Origin: Candidatus Heimdallarchaeota archaeon
GTDB lineage: Archaea > Asgardarchaeota > Heimdallarchaeia > Heimdallarchaeales > Heimdallarchaeaceae
Assembly: GCA_019894795.1 (NCBI GenBank)
Contig: JAGXNV010000001.1
Span: forward strand, 83,469 to 107,468
Length of the DNA: 24,000 bases
Reading direction: 5' to 3'
Shown: one piece after another, positions 23,634-24,000 of the stretch
Numbering within the stretch: position 1 is the stretch's first letter
How the letters are laid out: the number at the start of each line of letters is the position of its first letter
The notes under the pieces: generated by a model
Databases searched by the model: none
The model's input: only the letters and a program-made list of their open reading frames with translations
What the model was told of the DNA's origin: nothing
Translations under genes and position numbers: made by a program

Positions 23634-24000
23634 ATGACAGAAGAACAGGGCAAGAAATATATTTTCAAGATTGTTCTACTTGGGGATCCAGGGGTAGGCA
23701 AAAGTTCACTAATCACGAGATTTGTACATAATAGATTTCAAGCCTCCTATTTGATGACTATCGGTGTCGATATCCTTAGCAAACAACTTTTTGTAGGAAA
23801 GGATGAAGTTTTATTTCTAATAAGTGATATAGGTGGTCAAGAAAGATTCGCTTCTGTAAGAGAGAAATTCTACCGTGGGGCAAGAGGATGTTTTCTAGTT
23901 TTTGATCTAACAAGAGAAAATACACTAGCTTCAGTCAAAGCATGGAAGAAAGGTTTGGATACTGTTGAAGAAGATGTTATTTACTTTTTAATCGGAAATA
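23634..24000 (+). CDS. Ras-superfamily small GTPase, Rab-like. It is partial and its 3' end runs off the window.
   Basis: My own translation gives MTEEQGKKYIFKIVLLGDPGVGKSSLITRFVHNRFQASYLMTIGVDILSKQLF...ISDIGGQERFASVREKFYRGARGCFLVFDLT...FLIGN. The motifs are G1 GDPGVGKS, the switch I TIGVD (Rab-type), G3 DIGGQE, and the start of G4 (GN..). An in-frame TAG lies at 23607-23609, so the ATG at 23634 is the first start. Confidence 0.85.
   Translation, partial: MTEEQGKKYIFKIVLLGDPGVGKSSLITRFVHNRFQASYLMTIGVDILSKQLFVGKDEVLFLISDIGGQERFASVREKFYRGARGCFLVFDLTRENTLASVKAWKKGLDTVEEDVIYFLIGN

Noticed and set aside
23498-23716. 72-aa minus-strand ORF spanning the HIT gene end, the intergenic spacer and the GTPase start.
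   Set aside because: It is antisense to two well-supported genes (the HIT C-terminus and the GTPase P-loop region) and its translation has no recognisable features.

Overview
This is a visibly AT-rich, gene-dense archaeal chromosomal segment. The archaeal origin is supported by archaeal/eukaryotic-type ribosomal proteins uS7 and uL16 (L10e), an intron-containing tRNA(CAU), TATA-like boxes about 19-25 nt upstream of several start codons, and GGAG/GGTGA Shine-Dalgarno-like sites before internal genes. A Rab-like small GTPase at the 3' edge and a eukaryote-like L10e N-terminus suggest an Asgard (Lokiarchaeia-like) genome, but that is inference only. Most of the window is housekeeping: gcvPA-gcvPB followed by a COG3199 NAD-kinase-like gene, two SDR oxidoreductases, a PAP2 phosphatase, cyclophilin, a HAD hydrolase, an MFS/UMF1 transporter, PGM/PMM, family-4 UDG, an MtaD-like deaminase, a GHMP kinase and a HIT protein. 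I saw no CRISPR array, transposase, integrase or rRNA. The most unusual locus is at the 5' edge (1-1467, minus strand). There, a 316-aa protein with a YwgA/SocA(Panacea)-like N-terminal domain ends one frame step away from a CHAT (caspase-like) protease ORF that has no start codon and runs off the window. Secondary curiosities are listed below.
- A translationally coupled deaminase, variant-galactokinase-like GHMP kinase and HIT cluster.
- A triple repeat phased at 15 nt inside a 308-bp divergent intergenic region, which is also in frame with a 43-codon hydrophobic sORF.
- A tRNA intron flanked by a 9-nt junction duplication.
- A block of uncharacterised genes next to the tRNA.
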